Below are positions 48,401 through 60,392 of a stretch of 64,000 nucleotides of DNA, piece by piece. The notes beneath the pieces were generated by a model. That model was not told the DNA's origin, made no database searches, and saw only the letters and a list, made by a program, of their open reading frames with translations. Numbering within the stretch: the first letter of the stretch is position 1; every line of letters begins with the position of its first letter. The position numbers were made by a program, and so were the translations under genes. Origin of the DNA: an uncultured delta proteobacterium (GTDB lineage Bacteria; Desulfobacterota; Binatia; Binatales; Binataceae); contig CAWCDG010000005.1 in assembly GCA_963794325.1 (NCBI GenBank), positions 363,517 through 427,516 of the forward strand, in the 5' to 3' direction.

Positions 48401-51400
48401 CGGATTGCGCTCCGACCCCGATTGAACTGCGCACGTTTCTGAAAGACAAGCTGCCTGACCACATGGTGCCGGCGGTTTTCCTGATGCTCGACCGGTTTCC
48501 TCTAACTCCCAATGGAAAAGTGGATCGGCGCGCTCTGCCAGCGCCCACCGATACGAGGCCGGAATTGGCCAGAGCATTCGTGGAGTTCCGCACACCCACG
48601 GAAGAGCTGCTCGTCGGCATCTGGTCGCAAGTCCTGGGCGTCGAGCGCGTCGGCATCTACGATGATTTCTTCGACCTGGGAGGCCACTCGCTGCTTGCTA
48701 CTCAAGTCGTCTCTCGAATCCGTGAAACCTTTCAGGTGGAGATGCCGCTGCGTCGTCTGTTCGAAACCCCTACGGTGGCAGATCTTGCCGACAGCCTCGA
48801 TCTATCGCGGCGCGACGACAAGAGTCTACAGCTGACACCTATACAACCTGTTCCTCGAGATGGAGACCTGCCGCTCTCCTTTGCTCAACAACGGCTATGG
48901 TTTATCGATCAACTTGATCCGGGAAACTCGGTTTACAATTTTCCGGTAGCGGTCCGACTAAAGGGCTCGCTCAACCTTGCTGCTCTCGAACAGAGTCTCA
49001 ACGAAATTGTGCGGCGCCACGAAGCTCTGCGCACGACATTTTCGACGGTCGATGGACAACCTATTCAGGTAATCGCGCCGAGACTCACCATAGGACTGCC
49101 AGTCATCGATCTGCGAGAGCTATCCGAGGCTGAGCGAGAGAACGAGGTTCAACGGCTGGTAGTCGAAGAAGCTCGGCGACCGTTCGACCTGGCCAAAGGT
49201 CCGCTGCTGAGAGCGAGCGTGCTGCAGCTTGCCGAGGACGAGCAAGTCGGGCTTCTCACGATGCATCACATCGTCTCAGATGGCTGGTCGGCCGGCATCC
49301 TGGTTCGCGAGATGGCGGCGCTCTACCAGGCGTACTGCTCTGAAAGCCCGTCGCCGCTGCTTGAACTGCCAATCCAGTACGCCGATTTTGCCTACTGGCA
49401 GCGAGAGTGGCTGCAGGGTGAGGTACTTCAACGGCAAATCGACTATTGGAAAAAGCAGCTCGAGGGCGCTCCGCCGTTGTTGGAACTGCCGGAGGACCAT
49501 CCCAGGCTGGCGGTGCAGACTTTTCGCGGCAATCATCAATCGTTGCTGTTGCCCAAAGAAGTCGGGCGCGCACTGAAAGCACTTAGCCGGGATGAAGCCG
49601 CCACGCTTTTCATGACGCTGTTGGCGGCGTTCAAAGTCCTACTGCACTGCTATACCAGGCAGGACGATGTGGTCGTAGGCACGCCGGTTGCCAACCGCAA
49701 CCGACTCGAGATTGAAGGACTTATCGGATTTTTCGTAAACGCGCTGGTATTGCGCACTGACCTATCCGGTGATCCGAGCTTTCGAGAACTCGTGCTGCGT
49801 GTGCGCAAGGTATGCGTGGACGCTTACGCTCATCAGGATCTGCCGTTCGAGCGGCTGGTCGAGGAATTGCACATCGAGCGCGATCTCAGCCGCAATCCGC
49901 TGTTCCAGGTGATGTTCGTTCTTCAGAATGCGCCGATGCAGGCGGTCGAGCTGCCGGGCCTCAGCTTGAATCCCGTGATTGCAGACGGTGGGACTACTCA
50001 CTTCGACTTGACGCTTCACATCGTCGATTCCGAGCAAGGTCTGCTTGGGACCGTGGCATACAACACCGACCTGTTTGACGCCGACACGATAACTCGCATG
50101 TTAGGCCATTTCCAGACCTTGCTCGAGACGATAGTTAAGGATCCCGACCAACGCCTTTCTCACCTATCCCTGTTAACTGACGCCGAGCGCCAACAAGTCC
50201 TGGTGGGGCGGAATGACATCCCTCATGACTATGTTCCAGGGCCAGGTATCACTGAGCTTTTTGAGGCTCAGGTGGAGCGAACGCCCGACGCGATAGCACT
50301 CGTCTTCGAAGACCAACATCTGACTTATCGCGAGCTGAACGTGCGCGCCAACCGGCTTGCTCATAGCCTGCGCAAATTAAACGTGGGACTGGAAGTTGCT
50401 GTCGGTGTTTGCCTCGAGCGTTCGTTGGAACTGGTAATCAGCTTGCTTGGTGTTCTCAAGGCAGGAGGCGTCTATCTGCCGTTGGATCCTGCCTACCCAA
50501 AGCAACGCATTGGCTTTATGCTGCATGACGCGAACGCTTCGGTGCTCGTGACGGAGAAGCGGCTGATTCAAAACTTGCCGGAGCATGGCGCGCGAGTGAT
50601 CTGTTTGGATTCAGACGCGGAATCTCTCAGCCGGGAAAGTGCGGAAAATCCGGCGAGCTCGGTCGAGCCTGAAAACCTCGCGTATATCATCTATACCTCG
50701 GGCTCCACCGGTCAGCCGAAGGGAGTTCTCGTTTCGCATGGCTCGATCGCCGAACATTGCCGCGATGCTGAAAAGTACTACGAGCTGAAACCCACCGACC
50801 GGGTACTTCAGCTAGCTTCAATGAGTTTTGATCTGTCACTGGAACAGATACTGCCAACTCTTATTGTCGGCGCGCGCCTGGTTGTGGTGAAAGAACTATG
50901 GCGGGCGGAAGAGTTCCATAGCAGAGCAGCCGAACTCGAACTAACTGTAGTGGATCTTCCGACTGGGTATTGGCAGGAGCTGGTCCAGGAATGGGAAGGC
51001 GCAGCGGAACCGGTTTTGAATTCGCAATACCGGCTGTTTGTCGTGGGCGGCGAGACTATGTTGCCGGAAATTCTCGCTCTCTGGCTGCGGACCGCGCTAA
51101 GTTCCGTGCGTCTGATCAATGCCTATGGACCAACCGAAGCGACCATAACCGCGACCGCGTTCGAGACTGCATCGCGATGTGGAACAAATGCGCGGCTTCA
51201 TCGTGTTCCAATCGGTCGCCCTCTGGCTAATCGAGAAATCTACATCCTCGACGGACATTGTAATCCGGTCCCAATCGGAATTCCGGGCGAGCTTCATATC
51301 GGCGGCAGGAGCCTCGCGCGAGGATATATGAACCGGCCGGACCTGACCGCTGAAAAGTTCATTCCGAATCCGTTCAGTAACATAGCCGGCGCGAGGATGT

Positions 51401-52905
51401 ACAAAACCGGCGACCTGGCGCGTCACTTGCCCGACGGTAACATTGAATACATCGGACGTACCGATCATCAGGTGAAGATCCGCGGATTCAGAATCGAACT
51501 CGGAGAAATCGAGGCGGCTCTCGCGCGACATACTTCGGTGCGTCAAGCGATCGTGTCGGCGCATCAGGACGTCCACGGAGAGAAGCGGCTGGTTGCCTAC
51601 GTCGTCGGCGACCCCGAGCATCCGCCGACCGCCAATGACCTGCGCAGTTTTCTGAAGGACAAGGTTCCCGAATACATGGTGCCTTCGGTCTTCCTGTTGC
51701 TTGAGACGCTTCCTACTATGCCCAACGGAAAAGTGGATCGGCGTGCGCTGCCAAAGCCAGACCAAACGCGACCCGAGATGGGTAGAACATTTGTGGGGCC
51801 GCGAGACGAGCTGGAACTACAACTGACCGGTCTCTGGGAAGAAGTCCTGGGTATCCGGCCGATCGGGGTAACCGACAATTTCTTCGAGCTCGGCGGGCAT
51901 TCTCTGCTGGCGGTGCGCTTGTTTGCGCTAATCGACAAGCGGATGGGTAAGAGACTTCCGCTAGCGGCTCTTTTTCGAGGAGCAACCATCGAAGGTCTGG
52001 CTGAGATCGTGCGTAAGAACTCTTTGTCAGTGACACCGTCATCGCTGGTGCCTATCCAGCCTGACGGCAGCAAACGACCGCTCTTCCTCGTGCATCCCGC
52101 TGGTGGACATGTGTTTCCGTTCATTGGGTTGGCGCAATGTCTAGGTCTCGATCAGCCCTGTTACGGGTTGCAAGCCCGGGGCGTGGAAAATGGGCAGGAA
52201 CCACACACCCGGATCGAGGACATGGCCGCTTGTTACGTTGAAGCTATTCAGTCCGTGCAGTCGGAAGGTCCCTATCTGTTAGGCGGCTGGTCGATGGGCG
52301 GTGAGATAGCATTCGAGATGGCTCAGCAGCTGCACGCGCGGGGACAGAGAGTGGCGTTGCTGGCTCTACTCGACGCTCGCATTCCCTCCACCGCTGAGAA
52401 TGTTACCGACGAAGATTTTGAAGCAATGTTGATGGCCGATGTCGTCCGCTATTTCGGTCTTTCGGCGGATTTCAGTGCGTCCCTGGCGTTTCTTCCGCAA
52501 GATGAACTCCTGGCGCGAGTGCTCGAGCAGGGGAAAAGAGCCGGCTTGATACCCGCTGATATCGAAGCCGCGCAGGCGCATCGGCTGATAGAACTCTGCA
52601 AGTCGGATTTTCGAGCTAGTCGGAACTACGTACTCCGTCGCTATCCCGGTCGAGTGACTCTGTTCAAGGCTAGCGAGAATCTTTCGGGAAATCCCATTGA
52701 CCCGACCCTGGGGTGGAGTGATTGGGCCGAAGGAGGGGTAGATGTGCAGATCGTGCCAGGCAATCACGCGACCATGGTGTACAAACCCAATGTCGAGACT
52801 CTAGCGGAAAAGCTGGCGACATGCATCGAGCAGGTACAGCTGGATCTCAAATGCCAGGGCAATAGGATCGAGCTATCGAACGAATCGATGAAGGACGCCC
52901 GATGA
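45487..52905 (+). CDS. Bimodular NRPS: C-A-T-C-A-T-TE
   Basis: HHIVIDFWS and HHIVSDGWS; two [22 protein letters not shown] domains; two GGHSLL T domains; TE GWSMGG. Confidence 0.97.
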   Translation: MPDVSNRIAGLSSAEKRALLADLLREKARAVESFYPLSYNQQGIWFLSQLAPESMVYNVSFAARITSELDVPALRRSFQALVDRHPCLRTTFTVRSGKPVQRIHQGAKVHFEELDASAWSRDEIESRLTDEAHRPFDLEQGPLLRVSVFKRSEREHYLLLVVHHIVIDFWSLAILLNELGVLYPAEAADRRATLPPLHLQYGDYVRWQSEMLAGAEGERLWGYWRKQLAGSLPVLELPTDRPRQPIQTHRGGSHDFVLSDELSGKLKLLAKAQGATLYVVMLAAFQAMLHYLSGQDDLIVGSPVVGRSRAEFEEIVGLFTNPVFLRVSLSGNPTFQEFVSHVRHTALDALEHQDFPTLLLVERLKPARDLSRPPICQVMFVLDKPHGLAEQGAPTFVHGEAGPTMNSGGLVLESFPLEHRSASLDLVLLVVESTQSLSISMRYNAELFDHSTITRFGKYFEVLLQHVVSHPDARLSALAEVLDAADPKHQSAAREELEILDDGERARVLEEFNQTAAPYPDEVCIQRLFEEQVERTPDRVALTFENQNLTYAQLNARANQLAHYLRARAVGPEVLVAICMERSLEMVVALLGVLKAGGAYLPIDPAYPRERLAFVLENARAQVLLTTEPLREHMPDQGVQLVCLDSDWESIARESCDNPPNVTTAGNLAYVIYTSGSTGQPKGVMVEHRGLSNTVKWLSQTLAITADDSTLLKTPITFDAAGRELFPTLLAGAHLVIVEPDAHRDTRYVAEKMRDHSVSILHCVPSFLRLLIAESAFADAVTLRAVMSGGEALTPDIVAEFGRRSKASLYNVYGPTETIIDSAYWLCDGTSDASIVPIGRPIPNARMYILNRALRPVPIGVSGELYIGGVSLARGYLNLPGLTAEKFIPDPFSGEPGKRLYKTGDLARYLPDGNIQYLGRGDYQVKIRGFRIELGEIEAALTQYSSIAQAVVTVHEGAHGERRLVAYVVAQPDCAPTPIELRTFLKDKLPDHMVPAVFLMLDRFPLTPNGKVDRRALPAPTDTRPELARAFVEFRTPTEELLVGIWSQVLGVERVGIYDDFFDLGGHSLLATQVVSRIRETFQVEMPLRRLFETPTVADLADSLDLSRRDDKSLQLTPIQPVPRDGDLPLSFAQQRLWFIDQLDPGNSVYNFPVAVRLKGSLNLAALEQSLNEIVRRHEALRTTFSTVDGQPIQVIAPRLTIGLPVIDLRELSEAERENEVQRLVVEEARRPFDLAKGPLLRASVLQLAEDEQVGLLTMHHIVSDGWSAGILVREMAALYQAYCSESPSPLLELPIQYADFAYWQREWLQGEVLQRQIDYWKKQLEGAPPLLELPEDHPRLAVQTFRGNHQSLLLPKEVGRALKALSRDEAATLFMTLLAAFKVLLHCYTRQDDVVVGTPVANRNRLEIEGLIGFFVNALVLRTDLSGDPSFRELVLRVRKVCVDAYAHQDLPFERLVEELHIERDLSRNPLFQVMFVLQNAPMQAVELPGLSLNPVIADGGTTHFDLTLHIVDSEQGLLGTVAYNTDLFDADTITRMLGHFQTLLETIVKDPDQRLSHLSLLTDAERQQVLVGRNDIPHDYVPGPGITELFEAQVERTPDAIALVFEDQHLTYRELNVRANRLAHSLRKLNVGLEVAVGVCLERSLELVISLLGVLKAGGVYLPLDPAYPKQRIGFMLHDANASVLVTEKRLIQNLPEHGARVICLDSDAESLSRESAENPASSVEPENLAYIIYTSGSTGQPKGVLVSHGSIAEHCRDAEKYYELKPTDRVLQLASMSFDLSLEQILPTLIVGARLVVVKELWRAEEFHSRAAELELTVVDLPTGYWQELVQEWEGAAEPVLNSQYRLFVVGGETMLPEILALWLRTALSSVRLINAYGPTEATITATAFETASRCGTNARLHRVPIGRPLANREIYILDGHCNPVPIGIPGELHIGGRSLARGYMNRPDLTAEKFIPNPFSNIAGARMYKTGDLARHLPDGNIEYIGRTDHQVKIRGFRIELGEIEAALARHTSVRQAIVSAHQDVHGEKRLVAYVVGDPEHPPTANDLRSFLKDKVPEYMVPSVFLLLETLPTMPNGKVDRRALPKPDQTRPEMGRTFVGPRDELELQLTGLWEEVLGIRPIGVTDNFFELGGHSLLAVRLFALIDKRMGKRLPLAALFRGATIEGLAEIVRKNSLSVTPSSLVPIQPDGSKRPLFLVHPAGGHVFPFIGLAQCLGLDQPCYGLQARGVENGQEPHTRIEDMAACYVEAIQSVQSEGPYLLGGWSMGGEIAFEMAQQLHARGQRVALLALLDARIPSTAENVTDEDFEAMLMADVVRYFGLSADFSASLAFLPQDELLARVLEQGKRAGLIPADIEAAQAHRLIELCKSDFRASRNYVLRRYPGRVTLFKASENLSGNPIDPTLGWSDWAEGGVDVQIVPGNHATMVYKPNVETLAEKLATCIEQVQLDLKCQGNRIELSNESMKDAR

Positions 52906-53180
52906 ACAACGAAGATACCGAAGATACAAAATATAAGGTCGTGGTGAATGACGAAGGGCAATACTCGATTTGGGCTGCCGACCGCCCGAATCCCGGTGGC
53001 TGGCGCGACGCACCTAAGAGTGGCTCTAAGTCAGAATGCCTGGCTTACATTAAAGAAGTGTGGACCGATATGAGACCGCTTAGTCTTAGGAACAAGATGA
53101 ACAATCCCGCAAGCGTCCTCGAGCTTTCAGGTGCTCATTTGAACGGAAATCACCTGAAAGCGAGCGAGAAGAAATCTTGA
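52902..53180 (+). CDS. mbtH: MbtH-like protein
   Basis: [32 protein letters not shown]; ATGA overlap with the NRPS. Confidence 0.95.
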   Translation: MNNEDTEDTKYKVVVNDEGQYSIWAADRPNPGGWRDAPKSGSKSECLAYIKEVWTDMRPLSLRNKMNNPASVLELSGAHLNGNHLKASEKKS

Positions 53181-53926
53181 TCGTCGCCTCCTCATCAGAC
53201 TCGTGGATTGCGGGGCGCAAGCCGAACCCGCAGGCGCGCTTGCGTCTGTTCTGTTTTCCGTACGCCGGCGGCGCGGCATCCGTGTTTCGCAACTGGTCAG
53301 ACGGACTGCCTGCCGATGTCGAGGTATGTCCGATTCAGTTCCCCGGGCGCGGGACTCGATTGATGGAGCCTCCGTTCAGCGAGCTTTCGCTTCTGGTCGA
53401 GGCGCTGGCTGTGGCGCTACTTCCACTGCTCGACAAGCCCTTCGCCCTATTCGGTCACAGCCTTGGATCGTTGGTGTGCTTTGAACTCGCCCGTCAGCTC
53501 CGGGCAAAGCATCAGGCACGTCCCGTCCGCTTGTTTGTATCGGCAGGACCTGCGCCGCAGATTCCTCATCGAGGTCTGCCGATCCATAACTTGCCGGAAG
53601 AAGAATTCTCTGCGGAATTGCGTCGTTTGAACGGAACCCCGGAAGAGCTCCTGAGTCACAAGGAACTGATGGACATCGTGCTTCCATCACTGCGCGCGGA
53701 TTTTGCGCTCTACGAAAGCTATCGATACTTGTCAGGGCTTCCACTGAATTGCCCGATTTCCACTTTTGGCGGTTTGAGCGACCAAAGAGTTAAGCCCGGC
53801 GATCTCGAAGCATGGCGCGATCAGACCTCTGTTTCCTTTTCGATCAGGATGTTCCCCGGCGATCATTTCTTCCTGAAGACCACGCAGCCGTTGCTTCTTC
53901 GGGCCCTCTCGCAGGAACTGCGATGA
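53177..53926 (+). CDS. Type II thioesterase
   Basis: [27 protein letters not shown]. Confidence 0.95.
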   Translation: MIVASSSDSWIAGRKPNPQARLRLFCFPYAGGAASVFRNWSDGLPADVEVCPIQFPGRGTRLMEPPFSELSLLVEALAVALLPLLDKPFALFGHSLGSLVCFELARQLRAKHQARPVRLFVSAGPAPQIPHRGLPIHNLPEEEFSAELRRLNGTPEELLSHKELMDIVLPSLRADFALYESYRYLSGLPLNCPISTFGGLSDQRVKPGDLEAWRDQTSVSFSIRMFPGDHFFLKTTQPLLLRALSQELR

Positions 53927-54705
53927 AGAGCTGGGAAATGACGTCCGCTGATTTTGATTCTGTCTGGTTCGCGCCGCCTGAGCGTTTGATCCTGGGTAAC
54001 AACGCGGTGCATGTTTGGCGAGTCAGTCTGGATCAGAGCCCCTCGCAGATAGCGCTCTTTCAAAGCAGTTTGGACGACGATGAACGATCGAGAGCAGATC
54101 GATTCTACTTCAGCCGCGACCGCGAGCGCTTTATCGTAGCTCGCGGTATTCTCAGGGCTATCCTCGGCCGCTACTCAAATAGAGCACCCAACACCCTCTG
54201 CCTTCAGCTATAACACTCATGGAAAGCCCGCGTTGGTCTCGGAATCTGACCCAGATGCGATCCGCTTCAACCTTTCCCACTCTCACGGAAAGGCTCTCTA
54301 TGCGATTAGTCGCGGCCGCGAGGTCGGCGTAGATCTCGAATTCATCCGCTGCGATTTGGAGGCGGAGCAAATCGCCGAACGATTTTTCTCGCACAGCGAG
54401 ATCGAGACGCTCCGGGCGCTTCCGCCCGAGCCTTCGGAAATACGCATTCTTTCTCTGTTGGACTCGCAAGGAAGCCTACATCAAGGCGCGAGGTGAAGGA
54501 CTCTCAATGTCCCTGGACCAGTTCGACGTGTCGCTGACGCCCGGAGAACCTGCAGCGCTGCTGCGCACCCAACCCGGATTCAGACGAAGCCCTTCGTTGG
54601 TCTCTGCTGAACCTGAACCCCGCCTCCGGCTACGCTGCTGCGCTCGCCATCAAAGGGCGCGACTGGACTTTGTCGTGTTGGCAATGGCCGCTATCCGGCG
54701 ATTGA
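53923..54705 (+). CDS. Sfp-type 4'-phosphopantetheinyl transferase, three +1 frameshifts (about 54200, 54425, 54575; likely sequencing errors)
   Basis: Read across frames: [49 protein letters not shown]; ATGA overlap with TEII; stop at 54703-54705. Confidence 0.85.
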
Positions 54706-54875
54706 GCGTTAATCCGCTCCGGCACGCAATCAGAAGAGTTTGCTTCCCCGCCTCGGAAGGGCATAGGCTGAGGTTACCTCCCGAGAGTTTGCCTCCATCT
54801 ACAATCTCTGCCCGAGGAAGATTGCAGATTTCCACGCGGTATGCGTGCCGAGCGTGTGTGCCTGAGCGGCCCGGG

Positions 54876-55887
54876 ATGCTTGAACCTGGCATGCCGGCGC
54901 GATCGTCGTCTTGGTTTAGGAGCCACAAATTTATGGAACCAGTGCTTCATCGATCCGGTTTGTGTTCTGGTCGCATCGTTGACGGTGTTCGCGGCAGCTT
55001 AACTCAATCGCCCACTGTCGGATATGCGGACGTGGTTCAGACGCCCAGCACGGAGTCGAGTGCGGGAGACGAGATGGATACCTGGCTCGTGACGCGCGGC
55101 TTGATCGGCAACGCGATGATCCGCGAACAAGCCGGAAGTGGCATAATGACTCCGCCGCCAGGCACCGAGGTGGACGAAACCCGGCAAACGGCGAATCTCA
55201 CGGGCGAGGTGCTGAACCAGGTCAAGTCGTGGAACGAAATCGATTGACGACGACACGATTCATATCGAAGTGACGACGCTATCTACCTCCCAGTTCGAGG
55301 TCGCCTTCTGGCTGTTTCCCAATCATCGGAAGGGTTGCACCATGTACAAGTGGACGCTTTACGATCATGGCCGCGCGCTGCAGAGTGCGTTCTGGCGCAA
55401 CAATGCACCCGTGATGCGGCTGGCCGGGGCAGCGGACCTGCCACATGATTTGTATCCAGACTCGGTTCCATGGATGGCGTTTATGCGCGTCCTCAACGTG
55501 CGCCGCGCGACGGCGGCGAAGGCATGCTTCATCAGCAGATCACGCCGTACAGCTACGTTGGCCAGGAGGTTTGGGCGACTAGCTCCGAATCAATCAGCGT
55601 GCCGGCCGGTACATTCCCGGCGCTTAAGGTGAGCGCGAAAGTCGATATAACGACCGATAATGCCGAACTGGCCGCACTTCGTCCTGCAAGTGATCAAGCC
55701 GGTAATTCCGAAGAACACGCTGTACTTTCGAGGCGGCGCCGCCTTACCGGTTGCTCAAGCAGGAAGGCACGACCTTCGTCGGTGGTCCCGAAGTAACGAC
55801 AGAGCTTATTCGTTTCTACACTGCCGGAGCGCAGCCGGACTCCCGGTCGCTTCGGCGCCGGCATCCTCACTGATCGCGAAACCATAG
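54876..55887 (+). pseudogene. Multiply frameshifted secreted protein with a VPAGTF (DUF3108/TapB-like) motif
   Basis: Track ORF pieces join into ...LYPDSVPWMAFMRVL/RDGGEGMLHQQITPYSYVGQEVW...ESISVPAGTFPALKV.../MPNWPHFVLQVIKPVIPKNTLYF/EAAPPYRLLKQEG; boundaries approximate. Confidence 0.55.
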
Positions 55888-56012
55888 CTGTCTGTCGTCA
55901 CTCCGCGTATCAGCAGGGGTAAGCGCAATCGCACCGATTGCATTGGATCGTCATTTCTGTCAATAAGGTAATAGCTAATTAGCATCCAATAACATGAATA
56001 ACGATGAATAAT

Positions 56013-56026
56013 GTTCCCAGGAGAAC
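56013..56026. promoter_or_regulatory. Palindrome (T)GTTCCCAGGAGAAC(A), candidate Crp-family site
   Basis: TGTT-N8-AACA about 75 bp upstream of the diiron oxygenase gene, in an AT-rich spacer. Confidence 0.45.
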
Positions 56027-56098
56027 ACAAATCGCCCGGACGTTGGACGTGAGCCTAAACTGTCGTAATTTGCAACTCAAAAAGAGTTCTGGAGAGTT

Positions 56099-57205
56099 TT
56101 GATGCCCGAAGAGTTTGCTGTTCCTGAAGAGGAGAGCGTTGGGAAAGAGGTTCACCCCGACGCCTACTTCGATTTAATTCGCAGGCTTAGCCACCAATCA
56201 GTGGTGAAACATTTCGATGCGTATGTGGACATTGACTGGGACAATCCTCAGTTCCGCATCGATCACGACGATTCGCGATGGGAACTGGAACCGGACGACG
56301 TGCTCGGCGCGACCGAGTGGTATCGCTCGCAGCCGGCAGGTATCCGGTCAAGAATCGGTCTCAGCATGCTGGCCAACTTCATGAAGATCGGTGTGGTCTT
56401 CGAGTACGTGCTCAAGCGCGGCCTGCTGGACTTCGCGAGCCGGATTGCCAAGTGGAGTCGCCGGAATTCCGTTACTGCTACCACGAGACCATCGAAGAGG
56501 CGCAGCACTCGCTGATGTTCCAGGAGTTCATCAACCGGACCGGCTTCAGACATTCCCGGATTAAGTGGGCTCGAACGCCGGTATGCGGATTTCGTGGTCA
56601 AGTACGCGCGCAAGTTTCCGGAACTGTTCTTTGTCTTCGTACTGGCGGGTGAAGATCCGATCGATTACGTGCAGCGCCAGAGTCTGCGCAAGAACCGGGA
56701 GGAGATTCATCCTCTGTTTCGACGAATCATGCAGATTCACGTCACTGAAGAGGCGCGCCATATGAGTTTCGCGCGTCACGCTTTGCGCAAGCGTGTTCCG
56801 GAGCTGAGTAGAACCCGCAGGGCGCGGCTCGGAGTTTGCGTGCCTCTAATCCTTGGTGTCATGAGCAAGATAATGATGGAGGCGTCGCCACGGATAGCGC
56901 GCGAGTATAACATTCCGCACGAAGTCGTGGACGCCGCCTATCGCAAGAATCCGATTCATCGTGCGCGCATGAACGAAGCTTCGACCAAGCTGTTCGGCCT
57001 ATGCGAGGAGCTGGCGCTGACTAACCGATGGTCACTACGTCTGTGGAGCGCAATGGGCATCCTGCCCGAGACCGGAACGTTCGCCAGAGCTGCTACGCAG
57101 GTTAGGTGGTCATTCAGCCGACGGCAGCTGTTTGACTACTACGCGTATCGTCGCTTACTACCTGGCCGTCGCGCAGACGGATCAAGCGATGAGCCCGCTC
57201 CATGA
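56099..57205 (+). CDS. AurF-like diiron oxygenase, frameshifted near 56445 and 56550; 3' end uncertain
   Basis: HFDAYVDIDWD, VFEYVL, YHETIEEAQHSLMFQEF, LAGEDPID, HVTEEARH across three frames. Confidence 0.8.
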
Positions 57206-57827
57206 CCTGAGGATCGTGGGTCGAGAAGAGGAAGGTCGTACCGGTCGTACGATTAAGCTGTTCCATAACATCCAGCAGAGCGATAGCAGAAGCAGAATCC
57301 AGATTTGCCGTGGGCTCATCGGCAAGAATCAGCGCGGGTTCGGTGACCATGGCGCGAGCGACCGCGACTCGTTGCTGCTGACCGCCGGACAACTCCGCGG
57401 GACGGCGATCTTCGAGACCGGCGAGACCTATTTCCGAAAACAGTTTCTCGACTTTTTCCCTGCGCTTGCGTGCAGGCATCCCCTGCAAGAGCAAAGTAAA
57501 CTCCGCGTTCTCCAAAGCAGTAAGGACCGGCAGCAGGTTATAGGTTTGGAACACAAAACCGATGCGCTGCAAACGCAAATGGGCCAGCTCGCCTGAGGAT
57601 AAGGCCTGAAGGTTCTGGCCTGCGACCCATATATCGCCGGTGTCCGCGCGGTCGAGCCCACCGATGATGTTGAGCAGGGTGGTTTTGCCCGAACCGGACG
57701 GACCGGCCGTAGCCGCAAACTCCCCGGCGCCGATAGTCAAAGTTACTCCACGCAGGGCAGGGACCTCGATTGGTCCTGTGCGATAGGTCTTTCGCACGTC
57801 GTTCAATTTAACCGCCAATTCGTTCAT
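57114..57827 (-). CDS. ABC transporter ATP-binding protein (LolD/MacB-like)
   Basis: GPSGSGKT, LSGGQQQRVAVARA, LADEPTANLD, STHD. Confidence 0.95.
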   Translation of the reverse strand: MNELAVKLNDVRKTYRTGPIEVPALRGVTLTIGAGEFAATAGPSGSGKTTLLNIIGGLDRADTGDIWVAGQNLQALSSGELAHLRLQRIGFVFQTYNLLPVLTALENAEFTLLLQGMPARKRREKVEKLFSEIGLAGLEDRRPAELSGGQQQRVAVARAMVTEPALILADEPTANLDSASAIALLDVMEQLNRTTGTTFLFSTHDPQVMERAHRLIRLRDGQVVSDDTRSSQTAAVG

Positions 57828-57840
57828 AGCATCCTCTTTG

Positions 57841-59130
57841 CTAAAGCACCTTCAAAGCATCCGGTAGGTCTGTCTGCGCCGCCTTGAGGGCAGGATAAAA
57901 GGAAATGATTGTCGCCATCACGAATACGATGCTTACGGACCAGACAATTCGGTCGACACTCAGGCGCGAGTAAAGAATAGGATCGAAAACAAGTGCAGGT
58001 GGGAGACCCGCCTTGAAAACCCAGCGGAGATCCAATCCTGCTGTTGCGAAATAATGCTGGACGCTCAAGCCCAAGGCCAGTCCCAAAGCCAGGCTGATGG
58101 CGGTCAGGGCGAGAGACTCGCCGACGACCATTATTGCAAGCTGGCGAGGCCGCAGACCGAGAGCTTTGCTGACACCAAATTCATATCGGCGCTCGAGCAC
58201 TCGCATAAGAATCGTGTTCAGGATTCCCAATCCCACCATCGCGAGAATCACGCCGTTCATGATGTAGTTGAAGGCGTGGTCCAGGCCGAGAATCTGAGCG
58301 AGCATCGGGAGCGACTCCCGCCACGTCAGCACTTCGACCGGCGATCCCGCCAACTGCTTGCGCAAAGCTCTTGCTACCAGCGGCGAGTCGCCTTCCTGTA
58401 CCAGCAGCAGGGCAACCTGGGTCACCCGGCCGTCGGTCACTCCTAGCAGAGCTTGAGCCGAGGACAAGGGCAGGTAAATCATGTTGGCGTCGATCGCCTG
58501 CAGGCCAGTGCGAAAAATACCACTCACTCGCAGGAGAGTGCTTTGCATCTCATCGCCAGCTCCAGTCTTGACGCCCGCCTGCGTCAGCGTCTGAGTCATC
58601 AGCACGGCCTTGGAACCTATCTTCAACTCGAGCTTGCGTGCCAGCTCGTCGCCGACCACGACGCTCGAGAGCTTGTCGTTACTTGTAAGATAGGTGCCTT
58701 CGACCATCCGCTGAGGAACCAATGATACCGCGCGTTCATCTTCCGGTATCACTCCCACAATTCTGACGCCGGCAGAGCTGGCGGAAGTGCTTAGAAGACC
58801 GGTGGCCAGGAGCCTCGGACTAACTCCTTGCACTTTGTGCTTGAGGTTTCCGGTTTTCAAAAATGTCTGGACGTCGGATACGGCTTGTGCTGGAAGGAGT
58901 AATTCGTCGGAGCTCGACTCTTGATAGCCTTTGGCCTGGACGACAACATGGCCCGGTCCAAACCGCACTCCGTCCGCAATCGTTTGTTCGTGGCCGCCAT
59001 CGAGCAGGCCCAGAGAGATCAGCAGCAATGCCAGCCCGAGACCCAGGGCGAGTGCGGTCAGTAGCGTACCTCGGGGATTGCGCCAGAGATTGCGCCAGCT
59101 AATCTTCACGAGAAGGAATAGACTCGTCAT
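57841..59130 (-). CDS. ABC permease, LolC/E (FtsX-like)
   Basis: SWRNLWRNPR, large periplasmic loop, GILNTILMRVLERRYEFG, YPALKA. Confidence 0.92.
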   Translation of the reverse strand: MTSLFLLVKISWRNLWRNPRGTLLTALALGLGLALLLISLGLLDGGHEQTIADGVRFGPGHVVVQAKGYQESSSDELLLPAQAVSDVQTFLKTGNLKHKVQGVSPRLLATGLLSTSASSAGVRIVGVIPEDERAVSLVPQRMVEGTYLTSNDKLSSVVVGDELARKLELKIGSKAVLMTQTLTQAGVKTGAGDEMQSTLLRVSGIFRTGLQAIDANMIYLPLSSAQALLGVTDGRVTQVALLLVQEGDSPLVARALRKQLAGSPVEVLTWRESLPMLAQILGLDHAFNYIMNGVILAMVGLGILNTILMRVLERRYEFGVSKALGLRPRQLAIMVVGESLALTAISLALGLALGLSVQHYFATAGLDLRWVFKAGLPPALVFDPILYSRLSVDRIVWSVSIVFVMATIISFYPALKAAQTDLPDALKVL

Positions 59131-59132
59131 GG

Positions 59133-60392
59133 TTAGACCTTACGCATCGCTTCCGTCGGCCTGAGCTGAGCGGCTCGCCATGCGGGATAGAGCGCAGACA
59201 CCAGCGCGGTCGCGGCGAGCCCGAGGGCTGCTTGGCCGTAGGCGGGAAAATCCTGCCGACCGTACCATAGATGGCCCACCACAACTCCCGCGACGGAGAC
59301 CACCTCGCCGGTAGCGCCGCCTAAATCCAGTCCGTGTGCCTGCAAATACCAGAGCAGTGGAACTCCAAGCGTTGCTCCCACGACCAGACTGGCTAAGCCT
59401 AAGCCGGCAGCTTCCGTCAGGATCAGCCTAATCACCTGGGCGGGGCGCATACCGACGGCCATCAGCATACCAAATTCACGGGTGCGCTCGTACACCGCCA
59501 TGAGCATCGTGTTCATGACCCCAATAACCGCGACCAGGAAAAAAATAAAGAAGAGAACTACCGTGACGCCGTGATTGAATTGAACGTAGTTGGCCAATTC
59601 GGGTGCGAGCTCCGGCCATGCCATTACCCGAACGGGCAGAGTCTTACCCAGTTTGACCTCGAGTGCGGCCGCCACTTTGGTAGCTGCGTTGATGTTATTC
59701 AGCTTGATACCAACTTCATGGATGCGGGCGGGCGCAAGGTGCAGAAGGTCCTGTAGCGAAGAGAGAGTCATGAGAACCAGACCCCGGTCCACCGCATCAA
59801 GACCGGTGTGAAGAATCCCCACGACGGTATAAACGTCGTTGCCCATCGATCCGTCGGCCGCCTGCGTCAGCAGAACGATTTGTGAGTTCAATTCGATGCC
59901 GATCGTGCTGGCGAGCTTATCTCCTATCACCACTCCTTTTGGCACCCGGGCCGTCAGGTAACTACCTTTCGCGATCTGAGTGTTGAGAGTGGTGATTTTG
60001 GGTTCCTGGTCAGGCACGACTCCCATCAGCTCCACACCAGCGGAGCGATGAGCCGCACTTAGCAAGGCGTAACCGTATACCCGCGGCGCCACGGCAGAAA
60101 CGCGGCTATCGGCGGATACGGCGGCGAGCAATGCGCTGACATCTGTCCCTTTCCTGCCGCCCAGAGTTTTCTGAAGGGAACGATTCGGATAGTAGCCGGG
60201 AGCATGTATCTGGATCTGGGACATGACAAGACAGGTGCCGTTCTGGATCATCTGCCATCGCAGGCCTGCCATCAGACACGCGACGAACAGCAGCATCGCA
60301 TAGCCGAATGCGATAGCCGCCATCGTGATAAAGGTCCGCCGACGATTGCGCCAGAGATTGCGCCACGCGAGTTGTAGGAGCCCTCCGTTCAT
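59133..60392 (-). CDS. ABC permease, LolC/E (FtsX-like)
   Basis: AWRNLWRNRRRT, GVMNTMLMAVYERTREFG, YPAWRAA. Confidence 0.92.
   Translation of the reverse strand: MNGGLLQLAWRNLWRNRRRTFITMAAIAFGYAMLLFVACLMAGLRWQMIQNGTCLVMSQIQIHAPGYYPNRSLQKTLGGRKGTDVSALLAAVSADSRVSAVAPRVYGYALLSAAHRSAGVELMGVVPDQEPKITTLNTQIAKGSYLTARVPKGVVIGDKLASTIGIELNSQIVLLTQAADGSMGNDVYTVVGILHTGLDAVDRGLVLMTLSSLQDLLHLAPARIHEVGIKLNNINAATKVAAALEVKLGKTLPVRVMAWPELAPELANYVQFNHGVTVVLFFIFFLVAVIGVMNTMLMAVYERTREFGMLMAVGMRPAQVIRLILTEAAGLGLASLVVGATLGVPLLWYLQAHGLDLGGATGEVVSVAGVVVGHLWYGRQDFPAYGQAALGLAATALVSALYPAWRAAQLRPTEAMRKV

Noticed and set aside
37676-53926. Cluster as a siderophore pathway
   Set aside because: No TonB receptor, flavin N-hydroxylase, aryl-acid or cyclisation domains in the window.
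54507-55247. 246-aa ORF as a real gene
   Set aside because: Chimera of a PPTase piece, spacer DNA and the start of the next frameshifted gene.
57114-57205. 92-bp convergent overlap as a regulatory feature
   Set aside because: The oxygenase tail looks non-conserved and lies beside an error-rich region; the true stop may be earlier.
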